Assembly: GCA_963823035.1 (NCBI GenBank)
Contig: CAWGKG010000017.1
Coordinates: forward strand, 1-64,000
From: an uncultured Gemmatimonadales bacterium
GTDB taxonomy: Bacteria > Gemmatimonadota > Gemmatimonadetes > Longimicrobiales > Gaopeijiaceae
Length of the DNA stretch: 64,000 nt
Reading direction: 5' to 3'
In this document: positions 52,769-64,000 of the stretch, piece by piece
Layout: the number at the start of each line of letters is the position of its first letter
Position numbering within the stretch: position 1 is the stretch's first letter
Notes under the pieces: model-generated
What the model saw: the letters and a program-made list of their open reading frames with translations, nothing else
What the model was told of the DNA's origin: nothing
Database searches by the model: none
Translations under genes and position numbers: made by a program

Positions 52769-53845
52769 ATGAACCGTTCGAAGGCCAGGCTTCTGGCGGG
52801 GTTGGCGCTCGTGTCGCTGGCGCTTTCGGCGTGCAACGGCGACGACACGACGGAGCCCGAGCCGAGCCAGGCTCGCACGTACGAGATGGGGTGGGCGCCG
52901 ATCGCGCCCGCCGCCGACGTGGCGCTCGTGCTCGCCGTGATGGACTCGATGTCGCAGGTCTCCGACATCGCGATCCTCCAGCAGGGCGTTCCGTGGCGGG
53001 AGCTGCTCGCCGGCGCTCCGATCGACAGCCTGGTCGAGGACCGCGCCGGGGTGGCCGACTACCTGCGAGCCCTGGGGATGCGGATCATCTTCCTGGTGGA
53101 CCCGCTCGACGGCCTGGATCGGCGCAAGGAGGATCCGGGGCTCGTTCAGGCGGGTCGCAGCATCCTCGAGCCGTCGATCCGCGCGATGCACGACGACTGG
53201 GTGCTGCGCATCGCCGAGCGCATCCAACCGCCGTGGTTCGGCCTCGCGTCCGAGATCAACACGCTGGCGGCACGCGGCGACCCGACCCTCTACGCCGCCG
53301 TGAAGGCCATGATCAACGACCTGGCGCCACAGGTCCGTCAGCGCAGCCCAGCCTCCAAGGTGTTCGTCTCCTTCCAGGCGGACGAGGCGAACGGCCGGCT
53401 GGGCACGGAGCCCATCGACAACTTCGCGCTGATCGACGACTTCGACATCGACGCCCTCGGCCTCTCCTCCTACCCGGTCTTCGCCTTCGACTCCCCCGCG
53501 GACATCCCCGACGACTACTTCCAGGTCTTCAGGGACGCAACGGACCTCCCCCTCCTGCTCGTGGAGGGCGGGTGGAGCTCGGCCGACGTGCCGTGGTCGC
53601 ACGGCACCCCCGCGCAGCAGGTCGCGTTCATGAACCGCTTCGAGACGCTCCTCGACGGCGTGCAGGCGGAGGCGTGGGTGATGCTCACCTTCACGGACCT
53701 GGACGTGAATGCCCTGGGGCTCGACCCGGACCGGGCGTCCGGCCTCTCCAACTTCGCGCACATGGGAATCCTCGACACGCAGCTACGCCGCAAGCCGGCC
53801 TACGCGGCCTGGCAGCGCATCTTCGAGCGGCCGCTCAGACGCTGA
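52769..53845 (+). CDS. Lipoprotein, glycoside-hydrolase-like TIM barrel
   Basis: Lipobox LSAC; ASEIN, LSSYP, LVEGGW, RKPAY resemble clan GH-A acid/base and nucleophile positions. Confidence 0.65.
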   Translation: MNRSKARLLAGLALVSLALSACNGDDTTEPEPSQARTYEMGWAPIAPAADVALVLAVMDSMSQVSDIAILQQGVPWRELLAGAPIDSLVEDRAGVADYLRALGMRIIFLVDPLDGLDRRKEDPGLVQAGRSILEPSIRAMHDDWVLRIAERIQPPWFGLASEINTLAARGDPTLYAAVKAMINDLAPQVRQRSPASKVFVSFQADEANGRLGTEPIDNFALIDDFDIDALGLSSYPVFAFDSPADIPDDYFQVFRDATDLPLLLVEGGWSSADVPWSHGTPAQQVAFMNRFETLLDGVQAEAWVMLTFTDLDVNALGLDPDRASGLSNFAHMGILDTQLRRKPAYAAWQRIFERPLRR

Positions 53846-55066
53846 CCCTGCGCCTCCACGCCACCACAACGGCCACGACCCCGATCCAGAACAGCCAGGA
53901 CAGACGCTCGAGGCGGCTGCGCACGAGGATGAAATCCGCCAGGGCGAGGACGGGCGTGGCGGCGACGGCGACGCCCTGGAGACGCCGCCCGGGACGCCGG
54001 ATCGTCGCGATCCGGACCGCGTCGGGCTCGCCCGTGCGGAGCGCCTCCTCGATGCGCGCACCGAGCAGTTCGGGCGTCATGTCGCGCCAGCCGGGGATGC
54101 GCATCAGGCTCCACGCGGGGGCAGTGCGCCCCCACCCGTGGAGGTTGGAGGCGGCCACTACCGCGAGGTCCAGGCTGTCCGCCAACTGCAGGATCCAGGC
54201 GCGATCGCGCTCCCCCTGCGCCAGCCCCTTCGGGTCCCCGTCCACGAGCTCGATGGCGCGCACGCCGCCGCCGGCCTCCGTACACCCCGCAGGCGCCACG
54301 TTGGCCAGGTTGTTGGGGATGGTCTGGATGAGCACGGGCCAACCGGCGCAGGGGGCTCCGGGGTCCGCAGCGCCCTGGGTTCCCACCCCCGGACCGAGGC
54401 GGGGATCGAGGTCTCCGAGCACCACGACGTGCTGACCGGCATAGACGACCTCACGCCCCGGAAGAACGACGGTTCCTTCCCCGGCGCTCGGCGGATTGTG
54501 GGCCACCGCCTCGAAAGCGGCGCGGATGCTGTCGTGGTCGGTGATGTACGCCACGTCGAATCCGGCTCCGCGATGCCAGGCGCGGTTCCGCTCCGCGGTG
54601 AAGCTCTTGCGACCGTCGTGCGAGGAGAGGGTGTGGCTGTGGAAGTCCACCACCACCACGTCGGGGTCGTCCACGGAGAGCGCGGCCATGGGATGCGGCC
54701 CGAGGGCACCGAAGGCGTAGAAGCCGATCACCGCGACGAGGAAAGCGACGGTCGCGCCCAGCTCGACCGCCGCCCGCACCACGAACCCCCTGCTCCTGCG
54801 ACGACGCACCACCCGCCACACGAGGAAGAGGAACAGGGCGGTACCGAGCACGCCCAGGTGCTGCGGGATCGTCAGCACGGTCAGGTAGTCCAGGACCCCG
54901 CACAGGGGCGCGAGGAGGAGGTAGGCCGGCGTGAGTCGGAGCCCCACCCCGGGCAGCGGCTGTCCCGTCAGGGCCGACACGACCGAGGCCCGGGGGGGAC
55001 GAGCAGGGCCAAGAGGATCAGCCCGCCGAAGCCGAAGAGGATGCGGGGCTTGGAGATCGGGCGCAC
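53835..55066 (-). CDS. Membrane-anchored PHP-domain phosphoesterase (frameshift at the G-run near 54995)
   Basis: DFHSHT..SHD, YITDHD, GRE, ASNLHG; N- and C-terminal TM segments. Confidence 0.8.
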
Positions 55067-55228
55067 GGAATCCGGGTCCTGGGGTACGCGCCAAGCGACT
55101 CGGTCGGCGCCATGACGAGAAAGTTCGGGAGCGCCGTGGCCCCCCGCAAGAACGACCGCCTTGTCCCACTCCCTGGGGCGCGGCAAGTTGGCGCCCTGCT
55201 CCACGACGAAACGGCAACGATCCCATCC

Positions 55229-56143
55229 ATGCGTTCGTATCGCATCCTCGCGCTCTACATCGGCGGCGTGCTCCTCGGGGGGGCGCTGCTCGCCCCGTGG
55301 GTCTACTGGGCAGCCCAGGGCCTCGCGCGGCTCACGCCGCTCGCGGCCTGGCTCGGGCGTCACCCCTTCCACCGCTACGAGCACCGGGCCCTCCTCCTCC
55401 TCGCGGTCGTCGGACTGTGGCCCTTCATGCGCGCCCTGGGCGTGCGCTCGTGGCGGGACCTCGGCGTGTCGTCGCGACCGGGCCGCGGCGGGCGATTGCT
55501 CGGAGGCGTCGCGCTCAGCGTGGGCGCGCTGGCGCTCACCGCCGTCCTCGTGCTGCTGGCGGGCGCCCGCGCCGTCGACACCACCATCGCGCCGGCCACG
55601 CTCCTCAGGACGCTCGGAGGCGCCGCGCTCACGGCCTCCGTGGTGTCGGCGATCGAGGAGGTGCTCTTCCGCGGCGGCCTGTTCGGTGGCCTGCGCCGCG
55701 GCGACGGTTGGAGGCGAGCGCTGATCGTCAGCAGCCTCCTCTATGCCATCCTGCACTTCTTCGGTAGCCCCGAAGGCCCCGCCACGGTCGCATGGTGGTC
55801 GGGCCTGGCACTCCTTCCCGGGATGCTGAGCGGGTTCGCGGACGTGCAGCGCCTGGTCCCGGACTTCTTCAACATCTTCGCGGTCGGCGTCGTCCTGTCG
55901 CTGGCCTACCAGCGCACCGGCGACCTCTACTGCTCCATGGGGATGCATGCGGGGTGGATCTTCGGGGCCTCGGTGTACGGCGCGCTCACCGTGCGCACGC
56001 CGGGCGTATCGCCCGGCTACTGGGGGAGCGGCATCCTCATCGACGGGTGGATGGCCCTGCTCGTGCTGTCGCTCACGGCAGTGGCGCTCCTCGTCTGGTT
56101 GCCGCGCGCGGTCCCCGACGAAGCGCGCATCGAGGACACCTAG
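55229..56143 (+). CDS. CPBP (Abi/CAAX) intramembrane metalloprotease
   Basis: IEEVLFRG, YAILH, MGMHAGW. Confidence 0.9.
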   Translation: MRSYRILALYIGGVLLGGALLAPWVYWAAQGLARLTPLAAWLGRHPFHRYEHRALLLLAVVGLWPFMRALGVRSWRDLGVSSRPGRGGRLLGGVALSVGALALTAVLVLLAGARAVDTTIAPATLLRTLGGAALTASVVSAIEEVLFRGGLFGGLRRGDGWRRALIVSSLLYAILHFFGSPEGPATVAWWSGLALLPGMLSGFADVQRLVPDFFNIFAVGVVLSLAYQRTGDLYCSMGMHAGWIFGASVYGALTVRTPGVSPGYWGSGILIDGWMALLVLSLTAVALLVWLPRAVPDEARIEDT

Positions 56144-56162
56144 TCCCGGCGGCCGCGGCCTG

Positions 56163-57179
56163 TCAGGGCACCACCAGCCCCTCGATCCTCACCACCTCGA
56201 AGGCGGAGCTCGGCACCGTCTTGAGGCTTCCGAGGCGGTCGTCGTCCCAGCGGGAGTCCGGCGCGCCGCTCACGTACCATCCGCTCCCGTTGTCCGCGAG
56301 GAACATCCCGTAGCGCTTCATCGCGTCGAGGATGGCCTGCACTTCGGCGGGGAAGCCGGACGTGTCGAAGTCCGCCCGCAGCCTCACCCGCATCCCCATC
56401 GGGGGTAGCGACGGGTCCGTGGAGCTGCTCGCCCAATGCCGGGCGGGCGGGACGTACGCCTTCCGCGTGCGTGGGCAGGTGAAGCGCAGTGCGTGCGCGA
56501 TCTCACCCTCGTCCACGGCCTCGTCGTAGCGCACGAGCCCCGGGAAGATGGGCAGACCGGCCGCATCCGCGGACGTCCATCCGGCTGGTCGCAGCTCGTT
56601 GGAGGAGAGGTCGAAGATCGCCCCCGATCCCGCGCTCCACGAGGCGCCGCCGTTCACCGGGCGCGCGTCGAAGAGCTCATACAGCGTCCAATGGTCGCGA
56701 TCGACCACGAGGACGTGCCGGTCGCCGTCCGCGTCCGCGCCGCCCTCCACGGGAGCGTCGGCCGGGATGGGATATGGGCCGGGATCGCTCTCCTCGTCGT
56801 AGTAGAAGCTCACGGGCACCCCGGCCTGATCGCCGTCCACGACCACGTAGGGGATCCCGATCGGCGCCCCCTGCCACACCGTGCCGAAGTCGGGGTGGAG
56901 GTTCCTCGCGCCGCATGCCTCGATCAGCGTCGACGATGCGGGATCGACGGGGGCCTGCGAGACGTCGGTGTTCCAGGGATTGTCGCCGGGGAAAGGACGG
57001 CGCCCATCCAGGCTGGCGCCCGCCCCGAGGCCGGGTGTACCGCCGTCGCCGCCGTCGGGTCCGATGGGCTCGCCCCTGGTGCACGCCCAGAGTGCTCCCA
57101 GGAGGGAGAGCGTCAGGATCGGCACCGCCGAGGTGCGCGGCGCACGGGCTTGGTGGGGGCGGAGAAGGGATCGTGGCAC
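56163..57179 (-). CDS. Conserved hypothetical lipoprotein
   Basis: Lipobox LWAC; PFPGDNPWN, PYPIP, GDRH, SADAAGLP..GLVRYDE, HALRF, YGMFLADNG. Confidence 0.8.
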   Translation of the reverse strand: MPRSLLRPHQARAPRTSAVPILTLSLLGALWACTRGEPIGPDGGDGGTPGLGAGASLDGRRPFPGDNPWNTDVSQAPVDPASSTLIEACGARNLHPDFGTVWQGAPIGIPYVVVDGDQAGVPVSFYYDEESDPGPYPIPADAPVEGGADADGDRHVLVVDRDHWTLYELFDARPVNGGASWSAGSGAIFDLSSNELRPAGWTSADAAGLPIFPGLVRYDEAVDEGEIAHALRFTCPRTRKAYVPPARHWASSSTDPSLPPMGMRVRLRADFDTSGFPAEVQAILDAMKRYGMFLADNGSGWYVSGAPDSRWDDDRLGSLKTVPSSAFEVVRIEGLVVP

Positions 57180-57251
57180 GGCGAACGTCCGGGGCGAGCC
57201 TCGGGGGGGTACCTCAACCGTACCATCCCCGCCGGTGACGTGCCAAGGACG

Positions 57252-57749
57252 TCAGTCCCGCCTGCCGACCGCGGAGCCTGCCGGTGGAGGCCGGTTCATG
57301 TACCCGCGACAGGAGGGGCTCCCGCACCGGCACTCGATCCAGGGCACGTCCCCCGTGAGCTGATAGTCGAGGAGGAGCTCCTCCCCGGGGGCGATGGGGC
57401 GCAGGCTGACGAACGTCACCCGACCGCCGCGAACACGCGCGACCAGGTTCGGCTCACAGCAGTGGTTGACGAACTCCGCGCCGCTCCCCCCGATGGCGCC
57501 GTCGATGGCACGCCGCGGGCCGACCAGAAAGATGTAGATCTGCGGACGGATCCGGCGCCTGTGCGCCTCGGCCCGATCGATCTTCTCGCCCGTGTACTCG
57601 ATCACCCTCCTGCGAGCCGGGATCGGTTCGGCCGCGAAGATCCCCCAGCGGTGGATCGGCGAGGGGCCCCAGGTCAAGCGGAACCGGCAGGCGTCCGGGT
57701 CGAGGCGCGGCACCGCGTCCGGCCCGCCCGGCAGGACCACCTCCCGCAC
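57252..57749 (-). CDS. SET-domain protein-lysine methyltransferase with post-SET motif
   Basis: SPIHRWGIFA, IEYTGE, FVNHCCEPN, GEELLLDY, CRCGSPSCRG; start codon uncertain. Confidence 0.9.
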   Translation of the reverse strand: MREVVLPGGPDAVPRLDPDACRFRLTWGPSPIHRWGIFAAEPIPARRRVIEYTGEKIDRAEAHRRRIRPQIYIFLVGPRRAIDGAIGGSGAEFVNHCCEPNLVARVRGGRVTFVSLRPIAPGEELLLDYQLTGDVPWIECRCGSPSCRGYMNRPPPAGSAVGRRD

Positions 57750-57801
57750 AAAGGCCGTCAGCTCGTGGGCAGGTCCCCCGCGCGCGGCATGGGTGACCGA
57801 T

Positions 57802-58296
57802 TCACCCACCCCACTTCCCGCCGCCGGAGCCGCCCGAGCTCGGCTGCTTGCCGAAAGGCGAGGGTGGGGAGGACGGCTGCTTGCCGAAGGGCTGCCCGGG
57901 CGACCCGAAGGGGGAGCCGCCGGGTACCCCACCGCCCGGACTCCCCGGGCTCTTGAGGACCGCCCCCGACGTGGATCCGGGTGCCGGGGGCATCGGCATC
58001 TTGAAGACGCCGGCGACCGTCTGCACGGACTGGTTGGGGCGTGGGTCGTAGCCCTGGAGCGCCTGCAGGGTTCGCCCCCTGGGATCCACCCTCCCGTCCG
58101 CGCGCCCGAAGTTCGTGGTCTGGAACCTCCGGATGGCCGCGATCGTCTTCGGCCCGATGATCCCGTCGACGGCCAGCTCGGCGGTCGGACCGCCCCGCGC
58201 GGTCGGGACGCAGTTGAGCAGGTACTGGACGACCATCACATTGGTCATCACGTTGCTGCCGCCGTAGCCGACGGAGTGCTGGATCTCTTTTGCCAT
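57802..58296 (-). CDS. Peptidoglycan-binding domain protein with a Pro/Gly low-complexity tail
   Basis: SVGYGGSN..VQYLLN..LAVDGIIGPKTIAAIRRFQ..DGRVDP.G.TL; tail SPFG/QPFGKQP/SPFGKQP/GGGKWGG. Confidence 0.82.
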   Translation of the reverse strand: MAKEIQHSVGYGGSNVMTNVMVVQYLLNCVPTARGGPTAELAVDGIIGPKTIAAIRRFQTTNFGRADGRVDPRGRTLQALQGYDPRPNQSVQTVAGVFKMPMPPAPGSTSGAVLKSPGSPGGGVPGGSPFGSPGQPFGKQPSSPPSPFGKQPSSGGSGGGKWGG

Positions 58297-58400
58297 GGGG
58301 ATCTCCCGGGTAGCGGGGGCAACACGTAACGTATGCTCCCCATACGGATTCGTTGTCAATCACGGGCCGCCCTTCGTCCCGGAACCCCCAGGAGAACGCG

Positions 58401-59153
58401 ATGCCCTCGACCGACCTCCTCGCCTACGTCAACGGGGCCAGGCTGCCCGACATCCGGCCCGCTCCGGTGCGGCGCTCGTGGATGGACGAGACGACGAAGG
58501 GGCACGCCTACCGCTGCCTTCCCCTCGCCATCGCGAACGCGCATGGTTGGGAGGTGCTCTCGCCGGCCTCCTTCGAGGCGTGGTGGGACGGCTCGAGCGA
58601 GCCCGACGGGGTGCACGTGTCGTCGAGCGCGGACGGGGACCGCCTCCCGGTCGGCCATTTCGGGAGCGGCATCCTGACCTTCGACCTCCAGATCGTCTTC
58701 CGCACGAGCCCGAGCTGGAACCTGTGGGTGACCGGCCCCGTCAACACGGCCAAGGACGGCATCGCGCCCCTCAGTGCGGTCGTCGAGACCGACTGGCTCC
58801 CCTACTCCTTCTCGATGAGCTGGCGCTTCACCCGCCCGGACCACCGGGTTCGCTTCGAGGAGGGCGAGCCCTTCTGCCACTTCTTCCCCCTTCCGCGCGG
58901 CCACCTGGGAGCCATCCGCCCGGAGCTGCGCCACCTCGGCGAAGCGCCGGCGCTGGAGCGGGAGGCCCGGGAGTGGGCAGGCGCGCGCGACCGGGCGACG
59001 CGCCCGCCCGGCGACGAAGCGGCCGCCGATCCGGCCCGCGGGCACGGTAGATACCGCGAGGGGCCGAGCGGGCCGGACGCGGTACCGGACCACGAGACCC
59101 GGCTCCGCCTCCACCCCTTCGTAGCACGCGGCGCCGCGGCGGGCGCGCGCTGA
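58401..59153 (+). CDS. DUF6065 family protein
   Basis: [53 protein letters not shown]. Confidence 0.8.
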   Translation: MPSTDLLAYVNGARLPDIRPAPVRRSWMDETTKGHAYRCLPLAIANAHGWEVLSPASFEAWWDGSSEPDGVHVSSSADGDRLPVGHFGSGILTFDLQIVFRTSPSWNLWVTGPVNTAKDGIAPLSAVVETDWLPYSFSMSWRFTRPDHRVRFEEGEPFCHFFPLPRGHLGAIRPELRHLGEAPALEREAREWAGARDRATRPPGDEAAADPARGHGRYREGPSGPDAVPDHETRLRLHPFVARGAAAGAR

Positions 59154-59178
59154 GCGGCACCCGCCGTCGGCGCGTCGC

Positions 59179-61405
<2,227 letters not shown>

Positions 61406-61530
61406 GGAGGTCGGGGTCTTGCGGGCTCGAGGTGTGGCGTGGAGGGAGGCGCCACCGGACGGGGTAATATAGGCAATCCGCCGCCACCCCGACGGGGCGC
61501 TCCGGCCGCTGTGCCGCGCCCGTGAGATGC

Positions 61531-63479
61531 CTAGCCGACCATCGCCCCCATCGCGCGTTGAACCGCCCGGCCGATGTGGGCGGGCGAAGCGGGCTTCAGG
61601 ACCAGCTCGCACCCTCCGATGGCGCGCAGGTGCTCCTCCGTGATCACGCCGGCGTAGCCGGTGGTGAGCACGATCGGCAGGTCGGGCCGCCTGGCGCGGA
61701 TCTCACGCGCGAGCTGGAGACCCGGTGCGTCCCGGCATCGTCTGGTCGGTGAAGAGCACGTCGAAGGCCTGTGGGGACTTCTCGAACACGGCGTACGCCT
61801 CGTCGCCCGAGGCGCACGACGTGACCTCGTAGCCCAGGCGCGCGAGCACGCGCGCCGTCACGCCCAGCACGCCGGGATCGTCGTCCACGAGCAGCACGCG
61901 TCCGCCGGCGCTCATCGGCACCTCCTCGGCGACCGTTTCCGCCTCGGCCACGACCTCCTTGTGGGCCGGGAAGAGGAGCGTGAAGGAGGTGCCCCTCCCC
62001 AACGTGCTCTCCACGGAGATCGTCCCGTTCATGGCCACCACGATGCCTTGCACCACGGCGAGGCCGAGCCCCGTACCCTTCCCCGTCTCCTTCGTGGTGA
62101 AGAAGGGTTGGAAGATCCGCTCCAGGGTGGGCGCGTCCATCCCGGTGCCGTCGTCCTCGACCCGCAGGCGCACGAAGGGGCCTGGGCCCGCCGGGCGCTG
62201 GCCGTCGTCCATCGTCGCGAGCGCGTCCACGAGGTCGATCGACACCGTGATCGTGCCCCCGTCCGGCATGGCGTGCGACGCGTTCGTGCACAGGTTGAAG
62301 AGGATCTGGTGGATCTGCGTGGCCTTCCCCAGCACCGGCGGGCAGGCGCTGTCGATGCGCTGCACGATCCGGATGGTGGCGGGCAGCGACGCCCGCAGCA
62401 GGCCGGTGACCTCGCGCGCGATGCCGTGCAGGGGCACCGCCTGCAGCTCCTCCTTCTGCGGGCGCGAGAAGCGCAGGATCTGTCCGACGAGGTCCTTGGC
62501 CCGGTGCCCGGCGGCCGCCACCTGCGCCAGGTCCTGGTAGAGGACGGACTCCTTGTCGATCTCCGACTGCGCGATCTCCACGTACCCGAGGATCGGCGTA
62601 AGCAGGTTGTTGAAGTCGTGCGCGATGCCGCCGGCGAGCGAGCCGATGGTCTCCATGCGCTGACCCTGCTCCATGCGGCGGCGCAGCTCCTCCCGCTCCC
62701 GCTCGGCGCGGTTGCGCTCCGTCACGTCCGTCGCGGCCGTGAGCGTGCCGACCCGTTCGCCGCCGTCCCCGAGCACGGCGTTGGCGCGCAGGTCGAGCTC
62801 GCGGTCGGACCCGTCCGGGTGGCGGTAGGTCACGGCGTAGCGGTCGCCCATCGCGCCGGGCGTGTGCTCGGCGGCCTCCCCGTCCTCGCTCCGCTCCCAG
62901 CCGATGTCCGCGACGCGGAAGCCCGGGAGCGTGCCCGGCGCGCGCCCGAGCATGATGTGCATCGCACGGTTCGCCCGCATCACCACGCCGTCGTGATCGA
63001 CCTCGAAGAGGCCGACCGGGGCCTGCTCGAAGAGGTGCGCCAGGCGCCGCTCGCCGCGCGGCCACCACCGCGAGCTCCTGCCCTGCCGCCTCGGTTCGTG
63101 TGACGAACCGACGCCGCACCCTGTGGATGCCGACCACGACGAGCGCGAAGCCGGCGAGCTGGAGTCCGACGCACAGCACCGCGCCCGCCGGGAGGAAGGT
63201 GCCCGGCACGCCCCCGGCCGTGAGCAGCAGCCCGGCGGCCAGCAGGCTCCAGCCGAGGCCGAACAGCGCGCACCCGTGCGGCGCACGCCCACGTAGGCTC
63301 CCGCGGCGGCGATCGCCACGGCGAACTGCGCGGGCGAGCCGAGCAGCTCCGGCGTGCGCACGTGGGCGGTGAGCCCCGCGGACAGCGCGACCAGGGCCGC
63401 GACCGCGAGGGTCACGTCCGCGAGGACCTCGAGGGGCCGCGCGGCTGGGACGGCCCGCGGACGGGCCGATCGACTTCAT
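61531..63479 (-). CDS. Hybrid sensor kinase (TM-PAS-HisKA-HATPase-REC), several frameshifts
   Basis: [54 protein letters not shown] continues in another frame to TAG at 61531. Confidence 0.85.
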
Positions 63480-63678
63480 TCCTTTCCCTTGTCTCCGGGG
63501 AGTCATCGGAGCCCCTGTGTCGGGGACTCCTCCACCCGTCCAGTATCGGCTCGAGAAAAACACAGCTGAATCCCGATCCGCCAATTCCATATTTAAGGAG
63601 TTGCGGATAGCCGACCGAGACTGTCAACAGACGATCACCGCCCGTCCTCTCACGGAGCGTCCACCCCAAGCGCGCGCC

Positions 63679-64000
63679 ATGACCCTACAAGACGCCCGTC
63701 TCCCCCAGGCGTCGCCCCCCGTCCCCGACCTCGCCGAGGCACATCGGACTCGGCGCGCTCGAAGGCGGGGATTCACGCTGATCGAGCTGCTGATCACCAT
63801 GGTGATCCTGGGGATCCTCGCGGCCATCGCGATCCCCAACTACTCGCGGATGCGTGAGCGCGCCTTCGTGGCGCGCGCCATCGGCGACATCGAGGCGATG
63901 AGCCAGAACATCAGCGAGTACCACCTCACGAACGGCAGCCTGCCCGCCTCGCTGTCGGACGTCGGCTCGTCGCTGACCGACCCGTGGGGGCATCCGTACC
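63679..64000 (+). CDS. Type IV pilin / GspG-like pseudopilin, 3' partial
   Basis: Prepilin motif RRG-FTLIELLITMVILGILAAIAIP; DPWGHPY at the window end. Confidence 0.88.
   Translation, partial: MTLQDARLPQASPPVPDLAEAHRTRRARRRGFTLIELLITMVILGILAAIAIPNYSRMRERAFVARAIGDIEAMSQNISEYHLTNGSLPASLSDVGSSLTDPWGHPY

Noticed and set aside
55229..56143. CPBP protease as the leader peptidase or immunity protein of the YcaO cluster
   Set aside because: About 5 kb away and separated by unrelated genes on both strands; the family is common

Overview
GC-rich bacterial chromosomal segment, inferred to be Gemmatimonadota-like (SusC/SusD pair, PEP-CTERM protein, GspE-REC fusion, beta-propeller sensor kinase). About 46 protein genes are supported. 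I saw no rRNA, tRNA, CRISPR array or mobile element. Many unrelated genes, including icd, carry single-base frameshifts, several in homopolymer runs, so these are most likely long-read consensus errors. Housekeeping and metabolic genes include ppsA, argG, icd, a thiolase with an HAD-crotonase partner, an OYE, M16 peptidases and SusC/D. The most interesting locus is 42.66-50.33 kb. It has a fused RRE-E1-YcaO (TOMM-type) cyclodehydratase preceded by a tandem operator-like repeat, then a NarL-type response regulator, a 436-aa protein that looks like two fused NHLP/BMA_0021-type precursor modules, and a translationally coupled beta-propeller histidine kinase. This is a candidate RiPP or protein-modification signalling system with a giant precursor and no dehydrogenase. 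Other points of note: a trypsin-like protease followed by a stand-alone copy of its own prodomain; a SET methyltransferase next to a PG-binding protein with a Lys-containing repeat tail; a uORF plus terminator upstream of an ABC/DUF1854 pair; a LuxR gene with no canonical start codon; and a ligase/ACP-GNAT cassette. Family assignments come from motif recognition only; no database searches were run.
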